64,000 bases of DNA, taken from positions 7,688,001 through 7,752,000 of the forward strand of contig CM106586.1 of NCBI GenBank assembly GCA_048013815.1. The letters run 5' to 3'. Shown here piece by piece: positions 12,748 to 24,300 of this stretch. The translations under genes and the position numbers were made by a program. Positions within the stretch are counted from its first letter, which is position 1; each line of letters starts with the position of its first letter. The notes beneath the pieces are model-generated. The model worked only from the letters and a program-made list of their open reading frames with translations, was not told where the DNA came from and searched no databases. The stretch is from Setoptus koraiensis. Taxonomy: Eukaryota; Animalia; Arthropoda.

Positions 12748-13552
12748 TCATTCGTTGCACCGGCTCATGAATCCATTCCCTCTCGCCGCTTTGTCCCCCG
12801 TATATATCCACGTATACCCACGTATGCCCTTAAATATGCCACCGGTGCCAGTCGCAAAAGTAAACTCAATGCAACCGGGCTCACTATAGAGGAAAATAAA
12901 CACGATAAAGGTGTTAATGGGTCCGGTGTGATAGTCAAGTCCGCTCGAAGCCAATTACCGATGCCAGTTCATCTCAACTGGCGCTCTTTCAACTGAGCAC
13001 AAACTGAAAAACTAAAACGTAATGGGCGCCCATGAACGTGATGAAAGTTTAAATTGCTGCTGTCTGTTGTTCGGGCAACATGAGTGTGGAGTGCAAATTA
13101 TTTCAAGTTGATATCGTCATTGATACTGGTCTATTTGTTGTTTGCTCTATACCATTCACTTGTCGGGCAGCCGGTTACGCAACTGTGAACCGCGTCACTC
13201 ACGACATTTGTGCCTGTCCAAGTTTGACGGTGCACAAAGGGGCAATTGATCTCATTAGCATCCAGTTGACTGGTTTGTTAGCCCGAAAGCAACAGAGTGA
13301 GTGAAGAGTTTTTTTTCGGTAGAGAGAGAGAGAGAGTCTCGTTTATCAAGTCTCTCTTCCACTCTTGGCATGGCCATTGACGACAACGGCACCACTTTCA
13401 AGTTTTGGGGCTGCTATGCCTACGCGCAGAGTCAAGAGGTGATTTGTGACAGTTTACAAGTGCGGACTTTGTTGGCATATTGCGTAAACTACTCCGAGAT
13501 ACGAGAGGAGAGTAATTTGCATAATAATGAGCACCACAATCGCTATCAGCAT
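12748..13552 (-). CDS. Small secreted cysteine-rich protein, 130 aa, 4 coding exons, unknown family
   Basis: Hand-built model complement(join(12748..12883,12959..13003,13153..13269,13458..13552)). All introns are GT-AG (188, 149, 75 nt; donors GTAAAC, GTATAG, GTAATT; acceptors ctaacaaaccAG, tttttcAG, ttttcctctatAG), all phase 2, and the frame stays open. Product: MLIAIVVLIIMQITLLSYLGVVYA (signal-like) ICQQSPHFQLDANEINCPFVHRQTWTGTNVVSDAVHSCVTGCPTSECLCSVERAPVEMNWHREPGCIEFTFATGTGGIFKGIRGYTWIYTGDKAARGNGFMSRCNE, with 8 Cys after the signal. An alternative GTGAGT donor at 13202 makes the exact model uncertain. Confidence 0.5.
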
Positions 13553-13636
13553 TGTCCGCACTACTGGCTGTAAACGAAACACATTAGGCGTTCTCCTCTC
13601 TCTCTCTCTCTGTCTCTCTCATCAGTGCACGACACC

Positions 13637-13661
13637 TTATATAGGCTCATTGGTTACGTCA
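13637..13661 (-). promoter_or_regulatory. Putative core promoter of the 130-aa secreted gene (CRE-like, CCAAT, TATA)
   Basis: The minus strand reads TGACGTAA-CCAAT-gagcc-TATATAA (13661-13654, 13653-13649, 13643-13637), about 85 nt upstream of ATG 13552. The CCAAT-TATA spacing is unusually short. Confidence 0.35.
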
Positions 13662-13741
13662 TCGGGTTATAGTGTCACCTGTCATGATGGGTCAGAATGA
13701 GACAACTGTCATCGACACTGAATAGTAATTCATACAATTCA

Positions 13742-13813
13742 TTTCGCGGATAGATTTGTCAAATCTACAGGCCACACAACCGAATTTCCTCGCTACTGTT
13801 TGAATTTTGGCGC
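13742..13813 (+). promoter_or_regulatory. Two E2F-type sites upstream of ORC4
   Basis: TTTCGCGG at 13742-13749 and TTTGGCGC at 13806-13813, 190-260 nt before the ORC4 ATG. Both match the E2F/DP consensus typical of replication-licensing gene promoters. Confidence 0.45.
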
Positions 13814-14003
13814 CACTATAACACATGCGCGCCGGTTCGTTTCGGTTAACGTAAATCTGGTTAAACAACAATATTCAGCCAACATCTGGCAGGTCATTTG
13901 CAAACATATTGTTGTTTATTTATTTTTATTCCGATGTGTTTTTATACGTCCAATCTGTCGATGGACATTTTATAATTACCTATAGAAAAATTATTATTAT
14001 TGC

Positions 14004-15155
14004 ATGTCTGTCTGTGTCAAAATGAGCAACAAGCAACCCAAATCTGCGGCCGATATATACTACACAATAATAGACTATGGAGAATTTAAAGCCAAATTAG
14101 ACTATACCAGGGATTACATTGCGCGAACTTTTCAAACAAAAACATCAGACTCGCTTATACTAACGGGAAAGTCAGGATGTGGCAAGACAACACTTGTTGA
14201 TAAAGCCGTTAGAAGTTTTACGCGAACATCAAAAGATGATGGATCAGAGATCTTTGTCATCAAACTTAATGGCTATATAAACACCTCGGATGCGTCTACT
14301 ATTCAATCCATAGGCTCAAAATTGGGACTAGAAAACTCTAGAACCATCAAAGAGATTATAGATGAGGTCCAGAGTGACAAATGGGATAAAAGAATCATCT
14401 TTGTATTGGATGAGTTCGATCAATTTTGCAGGAAACAACAATCACTTTTATACAATCTATTTCATTTGAATCAAAACGCAAACCATGTCTGTCTAATAGG
14501 AATAACAACTGATCTCGATTGCATGGAATCGCTTGAGAAAAGAGTCAGATCAAGACTGAATGCGAGAAATACTGAATTAGGTTACCCATATGAAGGACGC
14601 CATCAATATCTAGAATTTGCTTCGCAATTATTGGGTGGCTATAAACTTGGACCCCAATTATCTGAAGCTCTGCTCGACCTATACGAAAACGTTGACTCGT
14701 CCATAAGATCTTTGAAGCGATTTCTAGTCGACAAGGCCGAATGGGACGACAAACACAAATTAGCATTTAAAGACTTAAAATCTCCCAATACATCCTGTGT
14801 CGAGAGATTAAATTGGTTGACCAAAAATCAGCTAGAGATTGTAATATTGGCCGTATCTTATTGTGTTCAAAAGCAAACAACCTCATTCAATTGTCGTCAA
14901 TTGATAGATTTTACAGAGAACCACAACATTATTGGCTATGATCTGACTAGTGATGAGGCCATCAAGAACATATTTTATTTGAACAATATAAGTCTTATTA
15001 GTCCACTAAAGCCAATCAACGGATCACTAGATTTGACTCCATTCACTCAACTCACTTTGAGAATAACAGCAAGCGATCTCAGCGAAGCTATGAGCGAAAA
15101 TGCATCATTGAGAAGCACTAGAACTAACCTATTTTGGGACAAATTGAAATGGTGA
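14004..15155 (+). CDS. ORC4: Origin recognition complex subunit 4 (AAA+ ATPase), intronless, 383 aa (start may be ATG 14022)
   Basis: Walker A LILTGKSGCGKT, Walker B FVLDEFDQF followed by QQSLLYNLF, and CLIGITTDLDCMESLEKRVRSR, which matches the ORC4 signatures (LDEFD..QTLLYNLFD; GLT.RLD..E.LEKRVKSR). AATAAA at 15176-15181. Confidence 0.93.
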   Translation: MSVCVKMSNKQPKSAADIYYTIIDYGEFKAKLDYTRDYIARTFQTKTSDSLILTGKSGCGKTTLVDKAVRSFTRTSKDDGSEIFVIKLNGYINTSDASTIQSIGSKLGLENSRTIKEIIDEVQSDKWDKRIIFVLDEFDQFCRKQQSLLYNLFHLNQNANHVCLIGITTDLDCMESLEKRVRSRLNARNTELGYPYEGRHQYLEFASQLLGGYKLGPQLSEALLDLYENVDSSIRSLKRFLVDKAEWDDKHKLAFKDLKSPNTSCVERLNWLTKNQLEIVILAVSYCVQKQTTSFNCRQLIDFTENHNIIGYDLTSDEAIKNIFYLNNISLISPLKPINGSLDLTPFTQLTLRITASDLSEAMSENASLRSTRTNLFWDKLKW

Positions 15156-15210
15156 CACAACTCATAATGGTAATTAATAAATTTTTATACATTTATTAGC
15201 AAATCAAATA

Positions 15211-16163
<953 letters not shown>

Positions 16164-16257
16164 TCACGATGTTTTTTAAAATTAAAATTTGTTATAGTAA
16201 CTACCGCATGGCTCACTCGTGTAAATTTTGTTTCAGTCCAGTGAATATCTGATAAAG

Positions 16258-16853
16258 ATGGCGCTGTGGTTGCTGGGCGCATGTACAAGCACATGTGCGC
16301 TGTGTGCGCTTTATCCAATGGATTGCCAAGTTCATTTTTATTCCGCTAGAGGCGCTGGCATCTCTTCTGAGAAAATATTCATTTGGTTGCATTAGCGTGT
16401 TTAGAGAGGACAATTTTTTCATTTATAATTGGATTCAATTATACATTGTAATTCATACATTGCTTTGTTTAAAGGGTTTCTCTGTGAAGCGACGAAGCTT
16501 CTACAGATTGTGACACTCTCTACCTTACATAATGCATTTTTATCAGCTGATTTTATTTGCCAATAGATAACTACTTGTCCTCGTCGACTGCTTGTAGAGA
16601 GCTGACAAGATACGAGCGATTTGATTATCCGAGATTGTGTAACTTGAGGATGTCAGATACAATAATGATCACCATCGGCGTTACTCACAGGTTTGGCTTG
16701 AAAGCCGCGGCTGACAGCCCCACTAACAAGACTTGTTAGCAAGGTTTTCGCGTACAGTACGAGCTGCGAAATGAGTTTGTCCGCCCTCAGAAACAGCTCG
16801 AGCTAACGATTGTAATAGCTGTGAATACCATTACAGTAAATGACTGTAAATGA
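16258..16853 (+). pseudogene. Possible disrupted secreted CUB-like gene remnant
   Basis: Collinear pieces in different frames: ATG 16258 MALWLLGACTSTCALCALYPMDCQVHFYSARGAGISSEK; after a +1 shift at the A-run 16372-16375, YSFGCISVF; then TAC...RLCNLRMSDTIMITIGVTHRFGLKAAADSPTNKTC*(TAG 16737-16739)QGFRVQYE. The four Cys and the LxxxxDS..N..GFRVxY ending resemble a CUB domain. Recognised by eye only. Confidence 0.3.
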
Positions 16854-17051
16854 GTCGCCTTCACTATATCTGATCAATGTGTTGTGATCAGCTGCAGATG
16901 AAAATGAGTTTAGGTGACAGCAATCTATCAGTCGACACCAATATATATACCTCTGACCTCTGATCACTTAGTCATTTTAGTCACTTACACATTTTATTCG
17001 TTTGCAAACAATTTCCACTTACAGTTGTTAGTTCAATCATTCCAAACAACG

Positions 17052-17948
17052 ATGCGAAATCTCCATTGGCTCTTCATCCTTTCTGCCTTCTTCAATATTA
17101 TAGCAACACCGGAAGGCTCAAAACAAGGAAAAGAATGCGATGTCCAATTGAAATTGTATCTATTCGAGAACAATTATTTTTCCTTTAAATATCCAAATGC
17201 TGGTTCGCGTTCGCGATTTTGCGCTCAATTCTCTTCAGAAATAAAACCTGTGCTGCTTTTTATAATGCCGCTACATCTAGAAAATGACGACGAAATATAT
17301 TTCAAAAGGGACGAGAAAAATGCAACAGATGAAACGGAATTGCTGTCGCGAGAAGATGACACTTTAGTTCTGAGACCACCAGGAGGTGATTGGAAACTAG
17401 AACTAAACTTTGGTGCAAGCGACAAGGAGCGCTCATTGAGGGTTGTTTACAATCATCCTCTTGATGTCGTTGCACATAAGGCGTCCGTGTATTTTGAAAT
17501 CGACAGTTGGTGGGCACTACCTGAACCTAAACCAGTAATCAGCGACGGCGGATACCCATTTTACCAAGTTCCTATAGGCCCAAAATTACTCATCTTCACC
17601 AAGTTTCGATACCATTTGTATCATTTGTATAACGATGATGGTTCCTTAATTGATCCTAACGCCACTGATGCAAACGATGATGATTCTCACGTTGCCCCCA
17701 ACGCCGATGATGCAAACGATGATGATTTTCACTTCGCCCTTAACGCCGGTGATGCAAACGATGATGATTCTCACGTTGCCCCTAACGCCGATGATGCAAA
17801 CGATGATGATTCTCACGTTGCCCCTAACGCCGATGATGCAAACGATGATGATTCTCACGTTGCCCCTAACGCCGATGATGCAAACGATGATGATTCTCAC
17901 GTTGCCCCTAACGCCGATGATGCAAACGTTGTCCACAGCGAGCTGTAG
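17052..17948 (+). CDS. Secreted divergent CUB-like protein with acidic Asp/His tandem-repeat tail, 298 aa
   Basis: First in-frame ATG is 17052 (the track start at 16914 is GTG). Signal-like MRNLHWLFILSAFFNIIA. CUB-like pattern ECDVQL..FSFKYPN..RFCAQF..VLLFIMPLHLENDDEIYF..GGDWKLELNFGASDKERSLRVVY, then 6.5 x 14-aa repeats. The protein ends VVHSEL*. Confidence 0.7.
   Translation: MRNLHWLFILSAFFNIIATPEGSKQGKECDVQLKLYLFENNYFSFKYPNAGSRSRFCAQFSSEIKPVLLFIMPLHLENDDEIYFKRDEKNATDETELLSREDDTLVLRPPGGDWKLELNFGASDKERSLRVVYNHPLDVVAHKASVYFEIDSWWALPEPKPVISDGGYPFYQVPIGPKLLIFTKFRYHLYHLYNDDGSLIDPNATDANDDDSHVAPNADDANDDDFHFALNAGDANDDDSHVAPNADDANDDDSHVAPNADDANDDDSHVAPNADDANDDDSHVAPNADDANVVHSEL
17655..17927 (+). repeat. 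Coding minisatellite, 42-bp unit x 6.5 (PNADDANDDDSHVA)
   Basis: Unit cctaacgccgatgatgcaaacgatgatgattctcacgttgcc. Copies 4-6 are identical and copies 1-3 carry substitutions. Confidence 0.95.
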
Positions 17949-18051
17949 GCAACAGGTGCTTAAAAAATCACTCGTTGGTCGGACATCGACAGTCGGAGCC
18001 ACGAGTCAGCGATTATTGGGCAATTGACTAATGAACTGTTGTAACAACTTA

Positions 18052-18360
18052 TCACCCAGTGATGTGTAACGACGACGTTAATAGCGCCTGTGCCGCAACT
18101 AGAGCAAACAAGTGGATATTTTCGTTTGCGCCACATAAATCGCAACAACAAATCCGATGGCAATAGTGATAATAGCAATTATAAGATAAATTCTCGCTCT
18201 TTAGCGCCAGCATCAAGCACTCAACAACTGGCCTCTGTGTCAGCTGCAAAAACAACTTGTTGTCAGTATTCTCAAATGAACAATTAAAGTTCTTACTGTG
18301 CCAACTTACACTTGTACTTTGTGCATTGTTGTCGTTGCTTGTTTTGTTTTTGGGTCCCAT
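18052..18360 (-). other. KRR1-derived duplicated first exon joined through a canonical-looking 66-nt intron to novel sequence (possible chimeric gene or pseudogene)
   Basis: ATG 18360 MGPKNKTSNDNNAQSTS versus KRR1 [15 protein letters not shown]. Donor GTAAGT at 18309, branch TACTGAC, acceptor ttgtttttgcAG at 18244. Exon 2 reads LTQRPVVECL...YNCYYHYCHRICCCDLCG...HITG* (stop 18052). Confidence 0.4.
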
Positions 18361-18446
18361 CTTGGTTTCGATATAATTGATGGCGGCAATAACGGTGCAT
18401 GTATGATGATTTCGTCTTGAATGTGGAGGCCATTAACACGCGTGTT
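18321..18446. repeat. Direct duplicate (about 125 bp) of the KRR1 promoter/5'UTR/start region 16049-16171
   Basis: gtgcattgttgtcgttgcttgttttgtttttgggtcccatcttggtttcgatataattgatggcggcaataacggtgcatgtatg aligns with gtgcatcgttgtcgttgcttgttttcttttgtgatcccatcttaatttcgatataattgatggcggcaataacggtacatgtatg. Similarity continues more weakly (ggaggc.att.aca). Confidence 0.9.
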
Positions 18447-18676
18447 CCGAAAGTGACATTTATTTATAATTAGCTCCAATAAAACACTACAATTTATAAG
18501 CTCTGTTAAAAGGGTGGCGACGAGGTGCCACAAAAGATGAGGGAAAAGATCCATTTATCCTTTGGAGAGCATTTCAGACAACATAACAAAATTATTGAAT
18601 AAGATTCACAGTTTTGGTGTCTCATTTGGCGTAGCTATTGAGACTTCCGATTCATGTCTTGGCGAGCGAATGTGAA

Positions 18677-19613
18677 TTAATTTATTGATAGTAGCCAATT
18701 AAGAAACGTCACAACTATATTTATATTGATAGCAAAATGCATAAAATTTATATAATCTGACTCGCGTAGTTGATTCCATGAAAAAGGCTCGAGCCAGCAG
18801 CATGTGTTAAGATTGAGTATGCAGCTGAGTTTGTCTATTAATGTGTAACATTCGTTTAGATTTTCACCCTCCGAACAGAAGCTGATGATCACAGCAGCCG
18901 AAATGTGATTCCTCTCCAAGGCTTTGATGAGAGGCTTGGTGAAATCACTACCTGCAAGAAATGTCATGCCATCCATTATCGCTTTATCGTTTTTGGATGA
19001 GGGCAGAAGGGTGATGGAGGCCCTATTCCAGTCTACATCAGGCTTGAACGAGGCTGTAGTGTAGCTACGCAGCAAATCTTGAGTCTCTATACCAAAACTT
19101 TTGAGAGGAATGCAACTAGAGAAAGAGCTTGATAAGATGATAACTTTTTCGAATTCAGCCTTTTTGATCCAATCAACAAGATTATTCAGATGTCCTTTTT
19201 TGTGAGCCTGTGTGTGTGTGTGTTTGGTTGTCACAGAAAAGAATGGTGAGGTTGATTGGATGTTGTCTGCTGTTGTTAGAGGATAGGCTGCAATATGGCT
19301 TAGGTGACTCACCTTAAAATAGGAGCTTCTTTGTTGTATGATAACCATCTTCCTAGCCGAATATTCGTACACTTCGGTACTAGTTGATGGTGGACCATTC
19401 AAAGTGTAGGCGTTTGGGCCAACAACAGCCATGATGGCTGGTGAATATATTCTGCCAGTTAGCTTGCACTCATCATTATTGCCAATAAATGTAGATATGA
19501 GTTAATTGACAGCCGACATTGCCCACAGCACAAATGGGCATGATGAGAGTGTGGCCCGGCCATCGGTTGGAATTGTTTTTGTCCAACGGATTATAGAATG
19601 ACAACTCTGGCAT
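18677..19613 (-). CDS. PSMG2: Proteasome assembly chaperone 2 (PAC2), frame-disrupted near the N-terminus as assembled
   Basis: ATG 19613 MPELSFY..GHTLIMPICAVGNVG matches PSMG2 GFTLLMPAVSVGNVG. The frame changes at about 19502-19511, then LIST..AVVGPNAY..EVY..RKMVIIQQRS. A 105-nt intron (AAG|gtgagt 19312..19208 acacag|GCT) follows, then WIKK..KVIILSSS..FLAGSDFTKPL..FCSEGENL..WLEPFSW. Confidence 0.85.
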
Positions 19614-19905
19614 GGCATTAATTTACGCACTAATACTGTGTGTGTTAGGTTTAGATTAGCTGTCAGGAGATATTGTGATGGCGATGATAAGTGAATAAGA
19701 TTGTTTCTAGACTGACTACTGATTCATTGATGTCACTCGCTGATTTATGGCTAATCTTATGATATTTACATGATATTAATAATTATATTTGCACGGAGAT
19801 TGTTGTGTAGCAGCTGTTTACACGTTGTCTAGACGGGTCTCAAAATGCCAATTTATTATCGAAATAGTTTTATTTTATGTCTTATAACGGGTCTTATATT
19901 AGATT

Positions 19906-20334
19906 TCAGCGTTCGTGTTGACCAAGAATATAGCCACAATGCGGACAATAGTGTTCGACATCCAAACAGCTGCCGATGCACAACGCTTTGCGTTCAGACA
20001 AACGGAAGAAAGTAAAGAAATACAAGAAACGAGCGATCGTTAATTAATCAATCGACTAATTGACAACGGCATAAAGATGGTAATTATATTGAGCTGACCA
20101 CTACTTACAGAAGCCCAATGTGCACAAGCACCAAAACCAGGCTTTTTTGCCACATTTTTTTCTCGTTCGCGTCAGAATCGCTTGATGGCAATAGTTACAA
20201 TTGTAGTTCTGGGGATATTCTCCAAAATTGTCCAGCGTGACAAATCCGAATGGGGACGTGGCGTGTTTGAGTCTCGGTTTAACATTAGCTCTAGTTGATT
20301 GGCTAAACTCCGTGGAATCGAATCTGAAAGCCAT
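19906..20334 (-). CDS. LITAF/CDIP1-type zinc-ribbon membrane-associated protein, about 101 aa (5' end uncertain)
   Basis: complement(join(19906..19985,20109..20334)) with a 123-nt intron, TTCT|gtaagt...gcaaag|CG. FGEYPQNYNCNYCHQAILT..CGKKAWFWCLCTLGFSLCIGSCLDVEHYCPHCGYILGQHER is the CxxC-hydrophobic-HxCxxC LITAF domain. An acceptor-like ttcttactAG at about 20346 suggests further upstream exons. Confidence 0.88.
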
Positions 20335-21098
20335 TGAGCCAAACGCTAGTAAGAACGTTAAAAAGTATCTGTGTAGTGTTGGCGAATATTGGAAATATCG
20401 AAAATATCGGAGTGGCTAGTTGGATCAGTCGGATTGACAAGATTGTGAGTCATTCGGGCAGTGAAATGAATCCGTGCAACATCAATCTGTGATACGTCTG
20501 CCTGGTTGCGTACAAGTGTAAGAGCATCGCCGGAGCAGACGATGCTGCGATAGCCTGATGAATGCACAAATATGAATGAATAAATTGCAAAAATGAAGCG
20601 CACTTATTTGTACAATTTATACAGTGTGTGCTGTGTGACATGTCGCCAATGAAGAGTCGATCACGTTTGTGAATATTTTGCAAAGGTGCAAAGGTGGATA
20701 TTTGTTATTTGTGAATATTTTGTGTAAGCATGTGTCTCACAAACGAAGCCCGTCGTCAGGTAAACGATTTGATTGATTCGCACACAAACGGGATCAAGTA
20801 AAAATCAGGTAAATTAGTGAAATGCGCACGAATAAGTGGGAATAATGACATCAAGTATGAGTGTTTATAAATTTATTAATTTGCCTTTGTTTATTGGAGC
20901 AAATCTCAATTGGTATACATGTAAAATGTTATGCACAGAATGTGAATTGTTTGTGTTGATTTGTTGTTGTATATGTTGTTGTTGTTGTGTGTTTTTTTCT
21001 TTCTTCTAAATCTAGTCTGAAAGTAGGAAGTGAGAAAAATTTGGCAAAATAGAATATATATAGACATCAATATGTGTTTATGCGAACCATACACACGC

Positions 21099-21327
21099 CT
21101 ATTGAGCTTCTTCGCTATCACTAGTGTCTCCTTTCTTTCCTGTATAGAGATGCCTCTTGAGGCGATCATATAATTCGTCTTTGTTGTCGTTTTGTTGCAA
21201 TTGTTGCAGTTGTTGCTGTTGTTGCTGCTGCTGTTGTTGAAGTTGTTGTTGCTGTTGTTGCATAGTAACTTGTCCATTACCATAAATATTGGCTTGTAGT
21301 TGAGTTTGTTGTTTGTGTTGCTGTTGT

Positions 21328-21359
<32 letters not shown>

Positions 21360-24300
21360 GGGCGGTTGGCCTTGATTGTTGTTGGTGTTGCTGTTGTTAT
21401 GCAATGAATCTTTCATGTATGTCTCATTGTAAAAGTTTGGCATTTCCCAGCCGTCTTCGTCGTCGTCATAGTAATGCGCATAGGTGGAATGATGCGAGGG
21501 CGCTATTGACTCGGCGTAACCATTACCGTAATAAAAGGCGGCATTTGGGTGACCTAAGGCACTTGAGGCAGCCAATTGTTGTTGTTGTTGTTGATTAACT
21601 GCGGCCACATTGGCCAGGGTGGCGAAATCTAACTGACTAGCTGCATGCAACGATTGCAATGTTTGTTTAGTTGGCGACGCTATGTGCGACATTGACGACG
21701 ACGACGACGCATGATGATGCGATCTACTTGTTCTAACGCATATCATCCATATTATTAACACTATAAATATTATCAATATTAAACCTATGCCAATACCTGA
21801 GGCTATGTAAATGAATTCGCTCTTTCGTTCGCATCGTTCACCATAGAAGTTGGTTGGACAATCACAACGGGCCCGATTGTTTTCCATGTTCACCGAACAC
21901 TGGCCCCCATTGATACAATAATCGTCGCAAACATAAATACATTCTCGTTGTTCGTTCATCCTGAAAGTTGGCTTACATTCGCAACTGTAACCCTGTTCGT
22001 CTCTATTAAACACACAATAACTGTTTGCTTGGCAAGTTTGCGCTTGACCATTAACAATACACGGATTTGTACAATTGTCCGAACTAACACTGCCCTCTAC
22101 ATCGGTTGTAGTGTCTTGCGGGCAACTCAAACATTGGGTATCGCGCTGTTCCATGGGCTGATAGAAACCGCGCGGGCAATCCTGGCACCTGTCATAGGTG
22201 ACATTGAGATACTGACCTAGCGAACATAACACTAGATTGCATTGCTTCCGGTCCGCCGAGCCAACTGTTTCGGTGGTGTAACCGCTGGGGCATTGTTCGC
22301 ACGACGCTCGTCCGCGTTGCCTGTAGGTGCCCACAGGGCACGGTTCACAGCTGCCCAACGAGGTCAACTGTTGTCCGGGGTCACATTCGGGCCGGCAGTC
22401 CAAACGGCTGGTGGGTTCCACGCTGCGCGTTGTCAGACCCGCTCCGCAGCTGATGCAGCCGAACGAGCCCTCGAACGGTTGATAGTAGCCGTGACCGCAC
22501 GACCTACACAATCCAATCAGATCGTCATAGTATTTGCCCGCACTGCATCGCTCCTTGCACTGATCAGTGGATCGCGCTCCCCGGGTCGATGTTACGCCCA
22601 CCTTGCCCGATATAAGCGGGCACGGTTTGCACTCGGTTTGTTTGTTCTCGTTTTGGTAGGTGCCAATGGGGCACTCCAAGCACCGCTTCTGGTCCGAGTC
22701 GTAATAGGTGCCCGGTGCGCATTCGACGCAACTGGTGCCCACCACCACTGTGCCCGGTTCGCAGGCAAAATCATTTTTCAGCTGCAATGACGTAATATCC
22801 GGCTCAACGTTTGGCAATGTGTGTTGAACGTTGAATATCTTCTGCTCAAATATGGCCTTGTGCAATATGTCTGTGATGTTTCGTTTCTCTTGTGTGGCAA
22901 TATTCGCAATTGGATCACTGTTGGCCGGAAAAGATATCTCCACAACGTAGACGTCGTTTCTGTCCTGATTGGCGCCTGCATCCAAATTGTCCTGTTGTTG
23001 TTGTCTCGACTGTTGCTGACTTGCAACGGCGCCCCCCGACGTGGCCGACACCGAGCCCGAGCTAGCAATCAGCTGGTCGGCGTCGCTAGCTTGTCGGCGC
23101 ACTCTCACATTGCTTGTGGCCAGTAGAGACGATCGACCGGCGTGGTTGTTGTTGGCGCTGTTGCTGGTGTGCATCAACGACGACGAGCTGCCCACTGGCT
23201 GGCTGGCTGTGGAAGAGGCTCCATTTCCGGTGGCCGCCTGTTTTGTGCATTTGACGTTGACGCGCAAATTGTCACACTTGCCCCGTTGTTGTTCGCTCGT
23301 GGCCTGGTTGTCCTGTTGTTGCAGTTGTTGTTGTTGGCCCATTGTTGAGCACAATTTCCACTGTTGATCTATGCGCAACAGGTTGTCGTGAATGCGCGAA
23401 TTGAGTATCTTTTTGCCCGATTCCGAGCACACGGCCGATGTGGGGAAATTGACCGCTATGCGATAGATACGCTGAGCGGGTTGCTTGGGCGTACAAGCGG
23501 GAAACACCAGCTCGCGCTGAGGATCGTCGCTGGGCCGCCAAAAGCCCTCCGCTCCGCACACATAATATTTGGGTATTGGCTGCGAGAATTCATAATTTGC
23601 GTCGCACTGTATGGAACACGTTTGAAATTTTCCGTTTGGTCCCCATGTTTTGCACATCTTGCGCCCGTTTATGGGATCGTAGGGCGTGGGACAAAACTCG
23701 CGCATAACCCGAATTTGGAAGTCGCATCGCGCTGTGTTGCCCGACTCATCGACGGCTATGTAACTGAGGTCGTAGACGCCGTGATTGAACATTGTGCCCG
23801 GTCTCAGATTGTTCTGTTCGGCCACCGTGACCGATTTGCCGAGATCGTCGATGAAATGAGGCTCGTCCCAGGTGATACTCGTAGAACTGTTGGGCGTTAT
23901 GACCCACATGTCGGGCGGGCAAATGAACACCTTGGGCGGTTGTTTGTCCTGTTGCAGGATGCCGCACTCGTCGCCCGTGTACCCGATTGGGCACACACGC
24001 TGGCCGCATTTGCCCGGTTGTTCGCGTTCCACTGTACCGTGAATGGTGTCGTAATTGGCCCAATGAACCATGAGTCCGTTGTACAATATGGGCGCGCTCT
24101 TGCAATTTCTAAACAACTGCGGAATGTCACTGTTTATGTCCAGCGGTCGCGACCACATATTGACCCGTGACAGGCGCCCGTAAAACCCGGTGCCCAGCTT
24201 GATGGCTATGTCCTGGTTGCGATTGTTTCTGCCGGTCGACTTGCCACCGGCCGCCTGCTGATAGTAATTGACGGGATTGGATTGGCGGGCGCGCGCACTG

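Noticed and set aside
13153-13269. Assigning the small secreted protein to cystatin (CxF..WxGT), PGRP (CP...RxxW) or chitin-binding (CPxxxCxC) families
   Set aside because: Each resemblance is partial, and the diagnostic residues (QxVxG, PGRP His residues, the WC motif) are missing.
16914-17051. N-terminal extension of the 344-aa ORF
   Set aside because: It starts at GTG and contains an acceptor-like tttccacttacAG. The ATG at 17052 gives a proper signal peptide.
18074-18088. GAINV pentapeptide (minus strand) matching KRR1 KGAINV
   Set aside because: It is in a different frame with wrong spacing and non-homologous flanks, and is compatible with chance.
16371-18123. 25-nt inverted similarity between 16371-16395 and 18099-18123 (ENIHL.AL)
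   Set aside because: Only about 19/25 identity and it does not extend, so it is too short to call homology.
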